Shown piece by piece: positions 13,851 through 26,684 of a DNA stretch of 64,000 nucleotides. This DNA comes from Malacoraja senta (lineage: Eukaryota). Both the position numbers and the translations under genes were made by a program. Position 1 is the first letter of the stretch; every line of letters starts with the position of its first letter. Under the pieces are notes generated by a model. The model was not told the DNA's origin. It saw only the letters and a list, made by a program, of their open reading frames with translations, and ran no database searches. The stretch is from contig CM075990.1 of the NCBI GenBank assembly GCA_038087875.1, positions 10,480,001 through 10,544,000 of the forward strand. The letters run 5' to 3'.

Positions 13851-15430
13851 AAAGCAATTCCAGCTTTTGTATCTCACACCAACAACAATAATAGACCATT
13901 ATTTTCTCTCACAACTGGTGAAATCTGATAGGTGTGTCTTTCCTTATAAGCACCTGATCCAGACCTTTCTTTTAGTACCATTATGCTTTACCATACTCGT
14001 TTATTCTTTTCCCTTTTAACCCCTCCTGCCCTCCATATGATCACTGATTTTCTTTTGTGTTTTCTCACACCTACCCACATTCTTTTCATCTTAAAGCTTC
14101 TGAAGTTAGAAGTTACCTCTCACTTCACAGTTGTGCTAGAAACCTAACAAGTTGGAACATTGCCTGTTTCCCTATTTTCTCTCTTATGTTGCCTGACCAC
14201 TGACTATTTGCTACATTTTCATCATTGACCATATAACTCTTTTATAATTGCAACCATTCTCCCTTCTTTCATTCCTTTTTCTTTCTTCCCAACATCTTTC
14301 CCTGCTTCTACATCTGCTTAAAACATGTTAGATCTTAACTTTCCATTGTTCTAATGAAAGGTCATCAATTTGAAATATCAACTATGTTTCTCTTTCTGGA
14401 GCACTGCTGGTTTTCGCAATTTATTTTAAGACTTGTTGTCTCTTTAGATGTTCACCAACCAGAAAGACCTATTTATATGCAAAACACTGTGGATATCAAC
14501 AGGTGATGTTCTAGCAACACCTGCAAGACATCTGTGAAAATGGCACTTCCCAGCTACAAAGATTATCAAAAAAAAATTGCTGAATTTATAAGCAGCTTCA
14601 TAATCCCAGAGAAGTCCGAGTTGTCATGGTACTGGATCTTTGCACTAATATATACAATACAAAATACCAAACAAACCCACCACCACTTGGCCAGGCCAAG
14701 ATTCTCAGCCTTTTGTGCATCATTCCACTCTGTTGCGGTGAAGTAACTTCATTCAGCTGTATAAAAGTGTGATTACGTAATGAAGAATGTGGCAGGCATC
14801 GCATCTTTCCACAAAGATTTGGACAAAGGATCTTCAACTGTTTTTCTTTTCACAGATGCTGTGAGATTCTAGCATTTTCTGATTTTGCGTCAGAATTCCA
14901 ACATCTGCTTCTTTTGCATTTGCATTGCAGTTTTCCAACCCTAGTAAATACAGATAGCAAAGTGATGCAAAGTTTGTCCCTCTGGCCATTAGCTTGCTAT
15001 ATTGGTAAAAATGAAAGCAGCCTTCTTTATGGATGATTTAGTAATGATGACAGACATCAAGTCTACTTTTTTGATCCAGCATATAATTATTAGGATGATC
15101 TGTTCTAATGAAAGCCCTGAAGCTCTGCCAGGAAAGTCTCAAGTCATAGAGTCATGTAGCACAGATATAGGACCTTTGCCCCAACTTGGTCATGCCAAGT
15201 AATTGAACTAATTCCATTTGCCTGCATTACACTTATATCCCTCTAAAACTTGAGTAGGAAAGAACTGCAGATGCTGGTTTAAATCGAAGATAGACACAAA
15301 ATGCTGGAGTAACTCAGCGGGACAGGCAGCATCTCTGGAGAGAAGAAATGGGTGACATTTTGCTTGCTCCAAATTAGGACTTTGACTAGTGGACCAGTCC
15401 TATTATTTTCTACAACTACTTTAAAACCAA

Positions 15431-15620
15431 AGGTAGACACTAAATGCTGGAGTAACTCAGCGTGACAGGCAGCATCTCTGGAGAGAAGGAATGAGTGACG
15501 TTTTGGGTCGAGACCCTTCTTCAGACCTTCTTGTCCAGAGATGCTGCCTGTCCCGCTGAGTTACTCCAGCATTTTGTGTCTACCTTCGATTTAAACCAAC
15601 ATCTGCAGTTCTTTCCTATG
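15431..15620. mobile_element. Mini-Penelope inverted pair with TSD (a further minus-strand unit lies at 15253-15360)
   Basis: TSD tt(t/c)aaaaccaa at 15420-15430 and 15622-15632; arms are reverse complements. Confidence 0.85.
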
Positions 15621-16094
15621 CTTCAAAACCAATTATGGCTTTCCTGAGCACGTTCCTACCAAGCACAAATGATATAATGGCCATAGGAGCTCACAGGTCC
15701 CAAAGACTGATCTCGTTGTCCTCCTCATGAGGCCAAGAAAATGTAAGATGAACATTTCACATTAAGTACAGGTCAAGGTCTGTTCAAGAGTGGGATATCA
15801 GTTACATCATTCTCTGTCGATTCTTGCCAAATGTTTTGCTTTAAATCTTCTATTAGATCAAATATATTTAATTAAAAATAACCTATGGATCATGTGTCTG
15901 TGTTTCCCTGTTCCTGAGCTTGCCAGCTTTTTTTTCCCGCTAAAGGGAAAGGTTAGGCGAGTACAGCGCGGCCTTATGTTTAAATAGCCTATTAGCTGAG
16001 GTACAATAAAGTGTGGTTTCACCTGATGGGAATTTGCAGAGGAAAATTGAAAGGAAAGAACCTGTATTTCTGTTTCACCTTTAATGACCTCAGT

Positions 16095-16360
16095 GTGCTT
16101 TCCAGCCAACAAACATGTTCCTGTGAAGTCTGGTCACTGCTGTAATGTAACAAATATAGCAGCCAAGTTGTGCACAGCTAAGTCCCACAAACAGCAAAGT
16201 GGCAATGAGCAGATAATGTATTGATTTTAACAATTGGCCCATGGACAGGAGAAATTGCCCTCTAATTATTTTGCACCACAGATTATTCAACATCAGTCCT
16301 AAGAGGGTATATGGGCCCTAACTTTAACATCATGTTTAATACTCAACACCTCTGACAGGT
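16095..16360 (-). mobile_element. Deu-domain SINE (SacSINE/AmnSINE-like)
   Basis: Minus strand ...attatctgctcattgccactttgctgtttgtgggacttagctgtgcacaacttggctgc...cattacagcagtgac matches the recalled Deu core. Confidence 0.6.
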
Positions 16361-16439
16361 TTCCAAGGTTTCATTTGAACCCACATCTCATAGCAGACAG
16401 TGTCACCCACTGACCCAAAAATGAGTATCTTTTCTTCAA

Positions 16440-16690
16440 ATAGAATCATGCAGCACAGAAATAGCTCCTTCATCCCAATTTGTCCATGCCGACCAAAATG
16501 CCACATCTACACTAGTCCTACCTACCCGTGTATAGCCCATATCCCCCTAAACTTTTCCAATCCATGTACCTGTAGAAATGTCTCTTAAGTGTTGTTATAG
16601 AACCTGTCTCAATACTTCCTCTGGCAGCTCGATCCATATAACCACCACTCTCTGTGTGCAAAATGTGCCCCTCAGGTTCCTATTAAATGG
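16440..16690 (-). mobile_element. CR1 LINE 3' end fragment
   Basis: Same 3' UTR and ORF2 end as at 3195-3430 and 55325-55610. Confidence 0.7.
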
Positions 16691-18639
16691 TAAATGTTAT
16701 AAGAAAATGGCAGATTAAAAACCCTACACAGTTGGGGGCAGTCATGAGTGACAAATTTTAAAGAAATATTCTGCTGTAGGAAGGTGCGGTTGTGCTGCCT
16801 TCTTTTTCATGGAATTCTGCATAAATGTCCAGGGAATGTCCAGGTAGTTGAGAAGGATAACCCTGCAGAAGGAGTGAACACAAAGATTAAGTGACAAAAT
16901 CAAACCAAAAGTACTCAAATCAAACAAGGTGCTTGAATTGTGCATCATTGTACTTCTTCAATGGCTGCAGGATTGAGGAGGAACTATATTCAGAAAGAGA
17001 TTGCATAATGAGTGTGCTAATTTGAATAGATCACATGCAATAATCACTGATATGGTTATTAAAATATTTCAACTTACAGACTCTGGGTTTTATCAGAGCC
17101 AAGCCTTAAAATGTATGCCTAAATTAAACTTGTAATATCAGTTCTCACAACTGCTGCAGAAGAACCTCATTCATCTGTCATTCCATATCAGCTCTCCTCG
17201 AAAGCATCTGCTGAAGTCAGGGTTTTGTACCGAGAGTCCAGCAACCACCAGGACTGCTACCACTTGTCAATGGTGTAAAGGATCTTAACGTTCAAATTGA
17301 AGTTACTTTAAAAAAAACTCCTTGAATGGATATGTCATTCAAGTTTCAAAAATGTGTCTTTCAGTGTGCAGATGCCAAAAATAAATTGCTGAACTGAACT
17401 ACTCTGCAGTTAGCTCATGTTAGGTAAAAAGTGTCTTAGCCATGTCGCTCAGGGACTTCCACTTCTGATTAGTGCTGAGTTAGCTAATCAAAGCTAAAAG
17501 AATGGTTTGTTAACCAAGCTTCATTTTTGCCAGCGGGAATTGTCTGATTTTCATCCCTCTAAGCTATAGAGGGAAGTGGGGGGGGGGGGGGGGCAGTTGA
17601 TGGTTCGAAATTGGGCTCTGGTCCAAGGCTGAGTATGGCTGTGATAGTCTCTGGGTTGAATAGAACTCTGCACTTGTAGTCCACACTGTGGATAGCCATT
17701 TATGTGAAATGCAAGTCTGGAACTAGATATCTGCTGGGGTGTAAAATTAAATATAGACTCAAACCCAACACAACTATAGCTGGTCTGAATGCCCGAAGGC
17801 ATAATTATTTTTATAAGTCTGCACCCAATACTGACATCACCATCCACAAGAATTTCTTGGGTGGGGTAACCAGCACAAGACACCCACTTCCAGCATTACA
17901 GAGCCCTATATGTGCCCCACTACATGTATTAATGAACTTACTTATTTAGTGTGTTTATTTATAATATCTTTAGCATTATTGCATAATGAGCCAGCTTGGC
18001 TTGATTCCAGATGAGTTTCAAAACTTGTAATACTATTAAAATCGTATTCAACCCAAACCTTACACATAATCATGAGACACAAGAAACTGTAGAAGTTGGA
18101 ATCTTGAGTAAAACACAGTGCTGGAGTAACTCAGTGGGCCAGGTATTTTCTTCAGAGTACTTTGTGTATTACGTGTTGTCAGGCACTGGGTAACTAGCAT
18201 CACCTTGGATAGCAAGGATCACGATGAGTCAGATTTTAACTATATTTTTAAGTGGACAAGTGAGAAGATAGTGGGTTAAAATCCAAATTTCCGAATCTGA
18301 TCTTGGTTATCTTCAGTGCTGAATGGAGGAAGTGAAGCACCAATGGAAATGCCTGACAATAGTAGCTCATAATTAAAAGCTCAAAATATGGAAGTGCGAC
18401 AAATGGCTGATGCTGCAAACTGTCAAAACAATCCAGGCTTTGTGTATCTCCAAAATGAGGCCCAATGCTTCATGCATTATAGGAGCAGCAACCTTACACT
18501 TGTATCTTCATATGCTGCAGGGTTCATTAAGGAAAATGCCCCATATGGGACCAGTTATGGATGAGATGTGGGCAGTAAAGGATGGAAGAAGGGTCTGGAT
18601 GTGTGATGGTGGCGATGAAGGGTGCAATGATCAGCCATC

Positions 18640-19110
18640 AGAGGACCATGATCAGGGGAATGAGGGGTGGCTATCAGAGGTTTCAAAATTGATTAGGGGT
18701 GCAGGTACGGAGTTTGTGGTTTGAAGGTTTTGGTCTTCACCGAGGACATTGGAAGGTCAGGGTATCCATGCGAAGGTGTGGGTCAGGCAGTCAGAATATT
18801 CGAGGTTGGATATTTGGAACTGGGCAATGATTACATCAGAGGATCATATGCTAAGGATATTTGAATATTGGCGTTTATTGAACAGAGGATTAGGCAATCA
18901 GGAGATTTGAACGTCAGGCAATAGGACATTGGAAAGTTGGTTCGTGAGAACATCAAAGGTTCAAGCAATTAGGATACTGGAGAATCACATGAATGAAAGT
19001 CAATCGGGATATCAAAATGTCAAATGATTAGAAGGGTTGGGGCAACAGGAAGATAGGGGCTCAGATAATTATAGATCTTGAATTGGTGGACAAGATATTC
19101 TAGGTATTGT
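18640..19110. repeat. Highly degenerate G-rich minisatellite-like tract (unit ~22-24 bp, approximately tcaggcaatcaggacattggaa)
   Basis: Recurring caggcaat/aggatatt/ggacattgg blocks. Confidence 0.45.
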
Positions 19111-19397
19111 GGCATGGTCAGGGTTGATTGTGGTTAGTGGGGGGCAAATAGTGGGAAGTTAAAAGAGGAGGCCTTAGCAGGGGACGACAGCCTACCTCTC
19201 CACAATGGAATGTCTGACTCAGGACTGATCAGTGATGACAGTACCTGGTGTAATGTGGGCTAATTTCCTCCACAATTCTTCAGAAGGGAGTCATGCAACT
19301 TAATGCAGGTCTGGTATGAGAAATTGCATTAGATGCACAAACAGACTTGGACCAGGTAATGCCCAGTCAACCTTCCAGAGAAGCACAAAGCAAGTTA

Positions 19398-20209
19398 TGG
19401 GCCTGTCCCACTTAGGCGATTTTTCAGAGGACTGCCGGCGACTGTCAAGCTGCCGGCACTCGCCTGAAAAAACGGGAATTGGAACGGCAACTGTCAGAGT
19501 GGAACACACACACACACACACACACAAACACATCGCAAAGGCGGGGGCCAGGGCAAGCGGGGGGAGCGCTGTCTGAAATTCACAAGGTGTAAAGCCAAGG
19601 TGATACAGACATACACCGTGATGTACAGGAAGGTTAAGTCGTCTAGCACAGCGTACGGTAAGCCCTTTAAAAGAGGGGGGATGAGGGGGGAGAGCGGGGG
19701 GGAGGGGGGAGAAGGAGTGGAGACACTTTTAAGAAACCAGACAACTTTTAATAAGCCAGAGATACACAGCTGTGAAGTTCGGCGGGCATTTAACATTACT
19801 GGTCGGTTATCCTTGGTTCTGAAAACTCGTGCTTACATTTTTTTTCCACAATGAGCCAATGAAAATGACCGGTCAGCAAAGGCGATTAACTAAAACTACC
19901 TACGACTACCTCGACTAAGTAGAACTACATGGCGACCCCACTACAACTGCACCTACGACTACAGGATTATCGATTTTCTCCATGGCAACCAATTTTTAGT
20001 CGCAGAAAATGTTTCAACATGTTGAAAAATTTGCGGTGACCATACTGAGGCCGCGACTAGTTCCCAGAATGCGGGAACTCCTCGCGACCATGAAGGAGAC
20101 TCACCAGAGACCATCAGCGAACATGTGGCGACCATGTGGCGATCATGTGGCGTGCGCAGATTCTCCTGCACTCGCCTAAAAACTCGCCTAAGTGGGTGGG
20201 ACAGGCCCT
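19398..20209. mobile_element. PIF/Harbinger-type non-autonomous DNA transposon (MITE)
   Basis: TIR (t)gggcctgtcccacttaggcga ... tcgcctaagtgg(gtgg)gacaggccct; TTA on both flanks (19395-97, 20210-12); CpG-rich; internal (CA)n and cgacta repeats. Confidence 0.85.
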
Positions 20210-23200
20210 TTAGAAACTTTATTGAACTTCACCATTATAATGGCAAGGAGCTGTAATAAACATGATGACATTTCTAGTATTCAAATGCAATGTTAAATAA
20301 TTCTGCTGCTGGAATCCAATGACATTTTTAAAAATGTTTATATTTTTCGGAAATTTTTAAAATGTGTTTAAATCCATTGAAACCATGAAACATCTTAAGG
20401 TAGTCAGGTTCTTCCGCCTGACACCTAGTTGCACTGACAGCCCACTGGGTCTTGGAAGGAGAACCTCCAATACAATGGATCCCATGAGGCCAGGAAAGGT
20501 TAGTGCATCCTCTGCAACTGTATTGGGTTTTATATTTCTAAACTATGTTCAGTTTTTTTAATAAAATGTGGATATTAGATCAAATATTTGGTCAAACTTT
20601 GAGAAGCTGACTTTAGTTTCCAATGATTTTTCAGCTGGAGACCTACTTAAAGGCTGCACATCTGGCATCTTTTGCGGCATTGGTAAGCTACTGTTGTACA
20701 CTTGCCTCTGAAAAGCCAAAGATCAAGTGCATGATAAGTAGATTTTGTCTTCTCATTCAAAACGTTGCTTTCCACAAATGTGGAGTCCAACACTAAAATG
20801 CTTTACTTGTGAAAAGATTACATTAGCAAACAAAATGAGATTGAATGCAGAAGCAGTAGAAAATTATCGCGATTGGACATTATGCACTTATTGAGATAAA
20901 TTAAGTACAAATTGCTCAATTGTTCAAACATGCATGTCTAGTTTGATGACAGTAAACTTACATGGACTAATTACAAACTTGCAATTTAAAGAATGGGATC
21001 AGATAATATCATAAACCATGAGAGCAAAGCACAGGCTGACTATGTGCGATTATCTTAACCTCATGATTTGTGGACATGTCTCATGTCATTAATCGCCAGC
21101 TGTCCATTTGCCATGATGTTGTCTTGTTAAGCCTAAAAATACTTCCTCAGTCACTGCACTGAAGGACTGGCTATTTGAGAATAAAATACAGGAATCTTCA
21201 GAATCACACTTGGTCCAATTTTGATCTTGTCCTGGAATCATCACACTGGCCATATAATACATTTGCAAGAACTTTCATTCTCTCATTTTACAACAGGTGT
21301 TGAGTTTACCTTGGAACGGTTAATGCCTCTCTTAAAATAGTCAGGAAGAAATTGTACATTAATGCAATATAGGTTTATTTACACTATGAACTAAGTGTGT
21401 TGGAGTTGGGGAAATGCAGATGTGGGTAGAGTTAATCTGGGCCCATTTGATTTATAAAGGAAAGTTAATAACTGGAAATGAAGATAAGTCTAGAAGGCAA
21501 CTGCGATGCAGGTGGTTTAGGTTTTGACTACAAGCCCTTTTATAAAAAAAAAATTTGACCTCTGCACTGCTGAACTGTAATTGTGGTTGTGGCTTTTGCG
21601 TAACTAAATCCTTTCCTATTTTCCTCACAGGAGTATATGATAATCCAAATTATTTTTGACTTTACAACATTTAAAACAACATCATCTTCAAAAGCTTTGC
21701 TTTCAGTCTGACCCTGCGTCCAAAAGTCATGTTGCCTTTCATTTTTCCATAGCAATTAGAGAGAATTTGACATTTGCGGAAAAAGTTTTGCAAGCAAGTT
21801 TTTGCAAATAGTAAAAAGTAACAAAGAATGAATTAAAAATGAGAAACCCCAGAGGACCACTAGTCTAAATAAACTTACATTACACTGAAGTACAATTTCT
21901 TTCTATGGATATTTTAAAAGGGATATAAACTTTCTAAGGTAAACTCAACACCCGTTTTGAAATGGGTGAACTAAAAGTTTTGTAAATGTATTACTTGACC
22001 ATTGTGATCTTTCAAAAGCAAGATAAAAACTGACATGCATAGTGAATGGTTAGCAAAGCACTGACTCAGGAAATGTATAAATTGTTTAAAATGTTGAACA
22101 GAAAAAAATAGTTCCCATGTTAAATCCTGCACGTTTCTTAGTCAGCAATATTTTGGATTATAAATTATATCAATAATTACCATTGAATTTGGTTCGGTTA
22201 CATGTCACAAAATAGCTATTGGGGATGGCGTTTAATGAATGATACATTTTCAAAGTTTAGCTGCCATTAAGTTTAGTTCTTAAATTGAGTTAATTAGTTT
22301 TAAATGCCATCGCCTTGCCTGTTATCTTTTTAATGTTTCTTGTTGACACTCTTTTCAATACCTTTTGATTTTGCTTTTGCTTTTTATAATGTCAGGAACC
22401 CATTCCAACTAGTCTGCCTAGTTATATAATAAATGTGACAACTGGCTGCCCCTTCTCTTTAGCCTTAATAGTCTTAGCCCTCTGTATAAACAGGCTGCAG
22501 CCCAAAGCTCCCCACTGTTCTGCCAAGCCTGTGACTCTATTCTCAGGCCATTTCCTTTATTTGGCCTCAAGTGTAACTCTTGGCTAAACAAAACAAAAAA
22601 ATACATACCACTACTCCACGGTTTCCACCCTCCACGGTTTGTTACGCACGGTATCTAGCTGTGCGTAACAAAGGTATTACATGCTTCCCTATTATTTGCC
22701 CAGCTGAGTTCTGGTTTCCTTTATTAAATGGTAGAAGTCAAAACTGAATGAATATCACTTCCAGAACATTTAAAGAAATACTCCCAATGTTAAATCAGAC
22801 TTGTTTTTATCTAAACAGCAAACTGCACCAGAATAGATTTAATGATTCACCATTTTGAAAGAAATAGACTGTATCTGCAACCCAAACAATTGCAATGGTG
22901 GAGTGCCAATGTAAGTGCGCTTGAGGGGGTAAAGGGTTGGATGATTCTTTGGTGCAAAAGCCTGCTGTTAATTGTTCTTTAATCTTGCAAAACAATAGCC
23001 ACCCAAGTGAAAAACAATGAACTAACTAGTATCTTTCTGGAGACACAGCAAGGGGAAGTCAGCACATTCATGCCTTAGGCTAACATTGTACTCTGCTCAA
23101 AATCTCCCATTTGCTATTTACAAAACCAGTCTTGAATGTTTTCCCAATAAATTAAGTTTTATTTCAAACAAAAGCAAAAAATCATGAAAAACCCAGCATC

Positions 23201-25209
23201 AGGCAAATGTTTTCCAAAACCACTTTGGAATTTGAGTCCACAATGACATAATTATTTTGCTCTCTAATTGTAACAATGCACCTGTCCCTGCTGAAAATCA
23301 TCAGTACTATCTGATTACAGAATCCTCAAGTGCAATGCTCTTTGTAAAGTGTGCTACCTAGAAATTCAAATGCAAATAAATACAAATAAATAGAATGACA
23401 TTAACATGGCAGTGCAACAATTATTATGATTGCTTTCCAAGGTGTCAAAATTAATTGCAGCTGAGACCCCAGGATCTCGGTTGCAAGATAGTTGAAAATC
23501 TGCTGCCTACTCCTCCTCTCCAAATTCAGCTTGATGCCAAGTCTGAGGCTTGGAATTAGCAACAGATGCCTGTGGTATTCCATGCAACATGGCATTTGCG
23601 GTTCCGGTGGGGACAATCAGGGAGGAGATTAGTACATGTAGAACAGAACAGTACATAGTGGGGAAGGGGGAAAGAGGGAAAGAACAGCACATAGTGGGAA
23701 GATAATTGAATCAGTGCTGTATGATGTTGGGTGGGAGGCTTGGATCAAGATTAGTTCCATACTAGAAAGAGGTTGCAGAAAACTGGATTGGGAACATTAG
23801 GCAATCAATACAATCAGTATTCAGGTACATTAACATACTTGCAGACCTCCCAATTCAGCACTGTGCAATTATGATCATGTTGTCCCCATCCTACAGATGT
23901 CTTCCAAGTTCCCACTGGCATTGAGAGAGCTACGGTTTGGTTCTTTAGACGTTAAGTTTGGTCTAATTCCACGATTGCTGTGATTTGACCCTGAAAATGT
24001 CATTAATGTGATTTATTTAATGTTAAAATCAGTTGCAATGCTAACCAATCGAATTTCTAGGCATGTGTGTCCTCCCAGAGGGTGCCAGTTTTTGCCACTG
24101 TCAAATAAATGGCCCCATTCATTTTCTGGAAGCTCTTAAACTTATTCACTTTTCAGTGTACTATTATTTTTCTTGATGAGCAGGGTCAAAGGTAGGCTGA
24201 TCTATTTTCACTTTATGATATGCGCTTTACAAATATCTGTCATGACCTACTAGCAGCCGTTGGTCTGCATCTTAAAGGACTGTCTCTCATATCTATCCAG
24301 ACACTGTCAAAATGAACACCACTTAGTTTGATAAATGGCACAAGTTTTCTTAGTTAAGTATAGAGAACAGGTGCATTAAGTGTTGAAAATTTTCAACTGC
24401 AGGTTCTTGGAGTAGATTACAGTGGAGTAACCCCAGTTGATTGAATACGAAACTAACACATGCATATGGCTTCTTAATTACCTGTATATATGGCACACTG
24501 CAGGTGCACAGTCTACAGTTGCCTGATAATCCCACGGTACAAAAATATTAGCTGTGCTGCTAAATTTGTACAAGCCCTCATTTTTTTTAACCATTGCCTG
24601 ATCCTTGCTGCACTGTTGAGAGCTACTGTACACAGTTTAACTTATGATGTTTTTACCATATATATATATATTACCAGAAATTTCCACCAAAATGTAATGT
24701 TAATTTATTGATCCACAATGAGAAATGACCTTGATATTTGCTTGGTCATGCCCACAGAAAATAATTCTCCCTTTGCAATTTTTTGTACTCTCCTGAAAAC
24801 ATTGACTCCTGCCAAAGTTCACTTCCATGGCTGTGTAGTTCCCTTCTGCTCATTGGACAATAAAGGTCCAGTGACCTCACTTCATCCAGCAAGCAACTAT
24901 TTGGGGTTAGGAGGGAGAGATAAATCAGCCATGATTGAATGGTGGAGTAGACTTGATGGGCCAAATGGCATAATTCTTTTCCTATCACTTTTGAACTTAC
25001 AAACTTATTTGTGGATCCTAGCAGGCCAACCAGCAGTTGATCAGAAACAAAAGAGATTTCTTTGCTCGATTATGCGTTGGTTAACACTCAAGCCTTTCCT
25101 TCCTTACCTACAGTTTCCTATGTCACTAACGTAACTTCAGTTCAAAAGCATACCTTTCATTTATTGTCTTTCCCCGATTGCCCTCTGAGCTGAGTAGCTT
25201 GCTAGGTCA

Positions 25210-25425
25210 TACCAGAGGGTGGCTAAGAGTTAACCACGTTGATTGGTCTGGAGTCACATACAGGGCCAGACGGTAAAAGAATGGCAGGTTTCCTCCCCTG
25301 AAGGATATTTGCAACCAGATGGAATGTTAGAACAAAGCAGAAGTTTCATGGTTCCCATTACTGATGCTAGCTATTTATTCCAGGTTTATTTAATTACTTG
25401 AATTTAAATTTCCCAACTGCAAAGA
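25210..25425 (-). mobile_element. Older elasmobranch-type SINE fragment (related copies at ~29030-29240 minus and ~54745-54960 plus)
   Basis: Shared blocks among the three: ggagtcacat, ggatggcag/ggcaggtttcc, ctgaagg, attccag(a/g)tttatt, gaattt(a/g)aa. Confidence 0.5.
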
Positions 25426-25858
25426 CTGTTAACATGTGTTGAATTCATTTGAGCATGAAGGAATATAAAGAACAGTATAACTAGAAACAAATATACCATA
25501 TATCATCTTTAAAAAAATTGTTATGGTCTGGTCTTTCTTTAATGAAGGATATACTTGCAATAAAGGGAATGCAGTGAAGGTTCACCGGGCTGATTTCTGG
25601 GATGGGGAATTATCTTATGAGGCGAGACTAAGCCCACTGGGTCTATACTTTCCAGGATTTATACAAATGATCCCACTGAAATGGTGGTTCTCCAAGTTGA
25701 GCTGTATAGAACCGGAAATCGCAGTAGCAAAATAAGAGGTTGAACAATGAGATGAGGAATTTTTTTCATCCAGTGGATGGTGAATCTCTGGAATTGTCCA
25801 TCCAAGAAGATTTCTAAGACTTAAATGCTGCATATATTCAAAAAGGAGATTGATAGTT

Positions 25859-26356
25859 TTAATAATAATAATAATAATATCTTTTATTGTCATTGCATAT
25901 AGGTGCAACGAGATGTAACTTAAACGAGGTGTAACTTAAACAACTAATAACATTTAGATACCCCGAGAAACATGATTTATAAAAAAAAAAAGAACATTAA
26001 AACACTAAAACAGTCTAAAGTGCAAATATGTCTGTGCCGGGTCGATGTGTGTGAATACAGTTCATGGGGGTGGGGGGGGGGGGGGGCACTCAGCAGGGCC
26101 AGTTCAGAGCAGCGATAGCTCTGGGGATGAAGCTGTTCCTGAGTCTGGAGGTGCGGGCGTAGAAGGCCTTGTAACGTCTGCCGGAAGGTAGGAGTTCGAA
26201 CAGACTATTACAAGGATGTGAGGAGTCTTTGTGGATGCTGACGGCCTTCCTGAGGCACCGTGTGTAGTAGATGCCCTCCAAGGCTGGTAGCTGTGTCCCA
26301 GTAATCTTCTGCGCCCTGTGGACGACGCGCTGAAGAGCTCTCCTCTCCGCCTCCGT
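25859..26356 (-). mobile_element. Rex1/Babar-clade LINE 3' fragment inserted into an old CR1
   Basis: ORF (RRALQRVVHRAQKITG...HPCNSLFELLPSGRRYKAFYARTSRLRNSFIPRAIAALN); (ATT)n tail with aataaa; CR1 remnants on both sides (25520-25858, 26365-26480). Confidence 0.85.
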
Positions 26357-26545
26357 AATGACAAGCAAATCAAGGGATATGAGGTTAGTGCAGGACAATA
26401 GCACCAAGCTAGAAGATCAGCCATGAACTTATTAAATGGTAGGACAGATGCAAGAACCCAAATAGAATATTTCTGCTTCTGTTTTTCAACTATTATACCA
26501 CAGGGGATTTGAATTCACATCACCAGCTCTCTTGTCCATGCCTTT

Positions 26546-26684
26546 CTTCTTCTTGCGTATGGCGTGCACAGCCTAAAGTTGTAGGACAACTTGTTCTATT
26601 TGATCTTATTTGATTGTGCACGCCGGGTTGATTGCATTCGTCGAAACAGGGCAGACCACGTGTAGGTTGCAATCTTCCACCCCA
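26546..26684 (-). mobile_element. ~140-nt SINE-like retroelement with HDV-like ribozyme head and (AAG)n tail, copy 1
   Basis: Perfect 12-bp TSD gtccatgccttt at 26534-26545 and 26685-26696; second copy at 45258-45400. Confidence 0.9.
26630..26683 (-). ncRNA. Predicted minimal HDV/CPEB3-like self-cleaving ribozyme
   Basis: GGGGUGG-AA-GAUUGCA-ACC-UACACGU-GGU-CUGCCCU-GU-UUCG-ACGAA-UGCAAUC: P1 with G1-U wobble, 7-bp P2, P3, L3, P1.1 and a J4/2 carrying the candidate catalytic C. Confidence 0.8.

Noticed and set aside
24718..25134. 138-aa ORF
   Set aside because: It includes a CR1 3' UTR fragment (~24915-25000) and has no domain similarity or splice support.
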